Assembly: GCA_963544615.1 (NCBI GenBank)
Contig: CAUUGB010000001.1
Coordinates: 10,388 to 74,387, forward strand
Direction: 5' to 3'
DNA from: an uncultured bacterium
Lineage (GTDB): Bacteria > Patescibacteriota > Microgenomatia > UBA1400 > PJMF01
DNA length: 64,000 bases
The position numbers were made by a program, and so were the translations under genes. Shown here piece by piece: positions 61,969 through 64,000 of this stretch (position 1 is its first letter; the number at the start of each line of letters is the position of its first letter). A model generated the notes under the pieces. The model was not told the origin of the DNA, did no database searches, and was given only the letters and a program-made list of their open reading frames with translations.

Positions 61969-62640
61969 ATGAGACGCCCTGTATATAATAGCCTTATGTC
62001 GGAAAAACAATTTGGAGATAATTTGCAGTATCAAAATATTACCATTTCTGGTTTACCAGGATGTGGTTCCACCACTTTGCTTAATGGTTTGCGTCAATTG
62101 CTATCTCCCTATGGTTGGCGAGGTTTTTCTGGGGGTGAGTTTATGCGCGCTTATGCTCAAGAAAAAGGTTTGTGGGATAAAAAAAATGCCGCTCATCATG
62201 ACGCTAATGTTTACAGTGATGAATTTGACCGGGAGGTAGATTTTGGTATTAGAGAAAAATTACAGCAGCAAAAGCAGTGGATTATAGAATCTTGGTTGTC
62301 AGGATTTATGGCACAACAATTACCGGGAGTGCTTAAAGTGTTACTAGTTTGTCACAGTGATGATGTGCGTATTGACAGGGTGATGAACCGTGATCAAGTT
62401 AGTGCTGAGACAGCTAAAGAAAACACTCTTTATCGTTATCAAACTAATTTAGACAAATTCTCTCGTCTTTATGCGGCACAGTGGCAAGAATGGTTGGTGG
62501 ATACTGGTAAATTAAGTGCCAGTGAGGCAATTGATTTTTGGCGCCATGAACTTTATGATGTGGTGATTGATACCTACTATTTGTCTAAAGAAGAAAGTGT
62601 GGCTAAAGTATTAGCTGCTCTTAGGGGAGAAGAGACTTGA
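61969..62640 (+). CDS. Cytidylate-kinase-like P-loop nucleotide kinase
   Basis: P-loop ITISGLPGCGSTT. The length is 223 aa. The family call is tentative. Confidence 0.5.
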   Translation: MRRPVYNSLMSEKQFGDNLQYQNITISGLPGCGSTTLLNGLRQLLSPYGWRGFSGGEFMRAYAQEKGLWDKKNAAHHDANVYSDEFDREVDFGIREKLQQQKQWIIESWLSGFMAQQLPGVLKVLLVCHSDDVRIDRVMNRDQVSAETAKENTLYRYQTNLDKFSRLYAAQWQEWLVDTGKLSASEAIDFWRHELYDVVIDTYYLSKEESVAKVLAALRGEET

Positions 62641-63317
62641 AATATTTAATTGCTAATTGGAAAGCTAACTTAAACAGTGATCAAGTGGCCACTTTTTGTC
62701 GCAGTTGGCAAGATTTACTGCAAACTCAGCCCTTAGCTTTAGATAAACAAGCCATTGTTTTGCCCAGTAGTATTTTTTACCAATCTCTTTGCGCGGCAAA
62801 GCGGCAATTTGCCGTGGGTTTGCAAGACATTAGCTGTTTTGATGGTGGCGCACACACTGGTGAAGTGACCATTACTAATTTAGTAAATTTGGTTCCAAAG
62901 TATGTCCTCATTGGTCATTCGGAGCGGCGTCGTGATTATGGGGAAACCAATCAGCAAGTTGTGCGTAAAGCCAAACTGTTGTGGCAGTTGGGGAGTATCC
63001 CGATGATTTGTTTTGATTTACCCGAACTCCCTGAGCTGGCTCAATTAATGCAGCCTTTTTTGTCACACCCGGCTATCATGGCATATGAACCAGTGAGTGC
63101 AATTTCTACTTCTGGTGGAGCCGGGAATTTACCTCCAGAGCAGCTTCGAGAAATTATTGCTCAAGTACGGCCTCATTTCGCCGATTATCCTTTAATTTAT
63201 GGTGGCAGTGTGAAAGCAGCCAATGCTTCTTTGTATAGTCAAATTGTCGACGGTTTATTGGTGGGGAGTGCTTCACTTCAGGCAGAGAGCTTTTATCACA
63301 TTGCTCAAGCTTTTTAA
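62637..63317 (+). CDS. tpiA: Triosephosphate isomerase (TTG start overlapping the upstream stop)
   Basis: LIANWKAN, IGHSERR and AYEPVSAISTSGG motifs. Confidence 0.85.
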   Translation: MKYLIANWKANLNSDQVATFCRSWQDLLQTQPLALDKQAIVLPSSIFYQSLCAAKRQFAVGLQDISCFDGGAHTGEVTITNLVNLVPKYVLIGHSERRRDYGETNQQVVRKAKLLWQLGSIPMICFDLPELPELAQLMQPFLSHPAIMAYEPVSAISTSGGAGNLPPEQLREIIAQVRPHFADYPLIYGGSVKAANASLYSQIVDGLLVGSASLQAESFYHIAQAF

Positions 63318-63325
63318 GCTTTAAG

Positions 63326-64000
63326 TTAGAGTAGCTCTCGTCCCACAATCATACTTAAGTATAGCAGATAAGTACTAAGTAAAATAATTCCTTGATAATG
63401 AGTTAACTTTGGCTTTTTTTGACCGCGCACCATTAGCAGTACCAAACTAAAGGTGAGCAAATTAATCCACAAATCAAAGTGTAATTCACTATTTATTTTA
63501 ATGGGGGCAATCATGCCGGCTACACCTAAAATTAACAAAGTGTTTAAAATACCACTGCCGACAATATTACCCACAGCCAAATCGGCTTCTTTTCTTAAAG
63601 CGCAGATAATGCTAGTAACTAATTCTGGTAAACTGGTGCCTACGGCCACAATAGTTAAACCAATCAAAACTTGAGAAATCCCCAGTTGGGTGGCAATGAT
63701 TTTTGCTCCTTCTACTGTGATAGTGCCGCCAAAAATTAAAACTACTAGTCCCACCACAATTAAATAAACATCACGTCCCAGCCAGCCAATTTTGAGTTTG
63801 GGGTGAGATTTACTGGTGGGGCACTTTTTATTGGTTGATGGCGCCTTAGTTTTGCCAGCATAAATAGTATAAGCTAAATAGCTAGCGGCGCCAAAAAGCA
63901 GAATGACAGCGGGGATAGTGCCAATTTGCCCTAAATGATAAAAAAGTAGCAGTAGTAAAGAGGCAGCTATGGCCACTGGTGTGTCAACCATTACGGTGGA
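63326..64000 (-). CDS. Ca2+/Na+ antiporter (CaCA family, YrbG-like), C-terminal portion. The N-terminus lies beyond the window end.
   Basis: Alpha-repeat motif GTSLPELVTSI and multiple TM helices. The ORF runs to the window edge. Confidence 0.7.
   Translation of the reverse strand, partial: STVMVDTPVAIAASLLLLLFYHLGQIGTIPAVILLFGAASYLAYTIYAGKTKAPSTNKKCPTSKSHPKLKIGWLGRDVYLIVVGLVVLIFGGTITVEGAKIIATQLGISQVLIGLTIVAVGTSLPELVTSIICALRKEADLAVGNIVGSGILNTLLILGVAGMIAPIKINSELHFDLWINLLTFSLVLLMVRGQKKPKLTHYQGIILLSTYLLYLSMIVGRELL

Noticed and set aside
1-64000. CRISPR arrays, rRNA genes, transposases or integrases
   Set aside because: No regularly spaced short direct repeats, no rRNA signature sequences and no DDE/tyrosine-recombinase-like ORFs were seen. 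The only clear mobile-DNA signature is compositional (the GC island).

Overview
This is a 64-kb low-GC bacterial chromosomal segment (about 40-45% GC by eye). Its gene content suggests a Gram-positive-type or CPR/Saccharibacteria-like organism: RNase Y, a sortase with LPXTG-type substrates, an FtsE-FtsX-coiled-coil-hydrolase operon, and Gram-positive-style type IV pilins that have Ala at position -1 and Glu at +5. The housekeeping backbone consists of pilO-like, rmlB-rmlD-rmlC, secD-secF, ftsK, hpf, comFC, dnaG, a UbiA-family prenyltransferase, a sensor kinase, gpsA, dusB, a WecA/MraY-family transferase, ruvX, rny, ftsEX, a cmk-like kinase, tpiA and a partial CaCA antiporter. Several accessory or surface modules are interleaved with this backbone. 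(1) Two tandem small Thr/Pro-rich secreted proteins that end in an xPVTG sorting-signal-like tail. (2) A roughly 1.2-kb high-GC island carrying a single foreign gene with its own terminator, next to an orphan addiction-module antidote gene, a HIT hydrolase and a tRNA-Arg. (3) An LPXTG-anchored HExxH protease with Ig-like repeats. (4) A locus encoding a giant (about 1850 aa) secreted, extremely Cys-rich protein, flanked by a membrane-anchored protein, an adenylate-forming enzyme and a polytopic membrane protein fused to a YaeF/YiiX-type permuted-papain (C92/LRAT-like) domain. This is the most unusual region of the window. (5) A convergent cluster of five prepilin-type genes with near-consensus promoters. 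(6) A 7TM protein plus a RimK-like ATP-grasp amidoligase pair next to a metallophosphoesterase. (7) A roughly 430-nt ORF-poor, terminator-capped region that may encode a structured RNA or a decayed gene. (8) A long strand-skewed intergenic region with a candidate 37-aa Cys-rich peptide gene. (9) A protein with 124/249-bp tandem coding repeats. No CRISPR array, rRNA or obvious transposase was seen.
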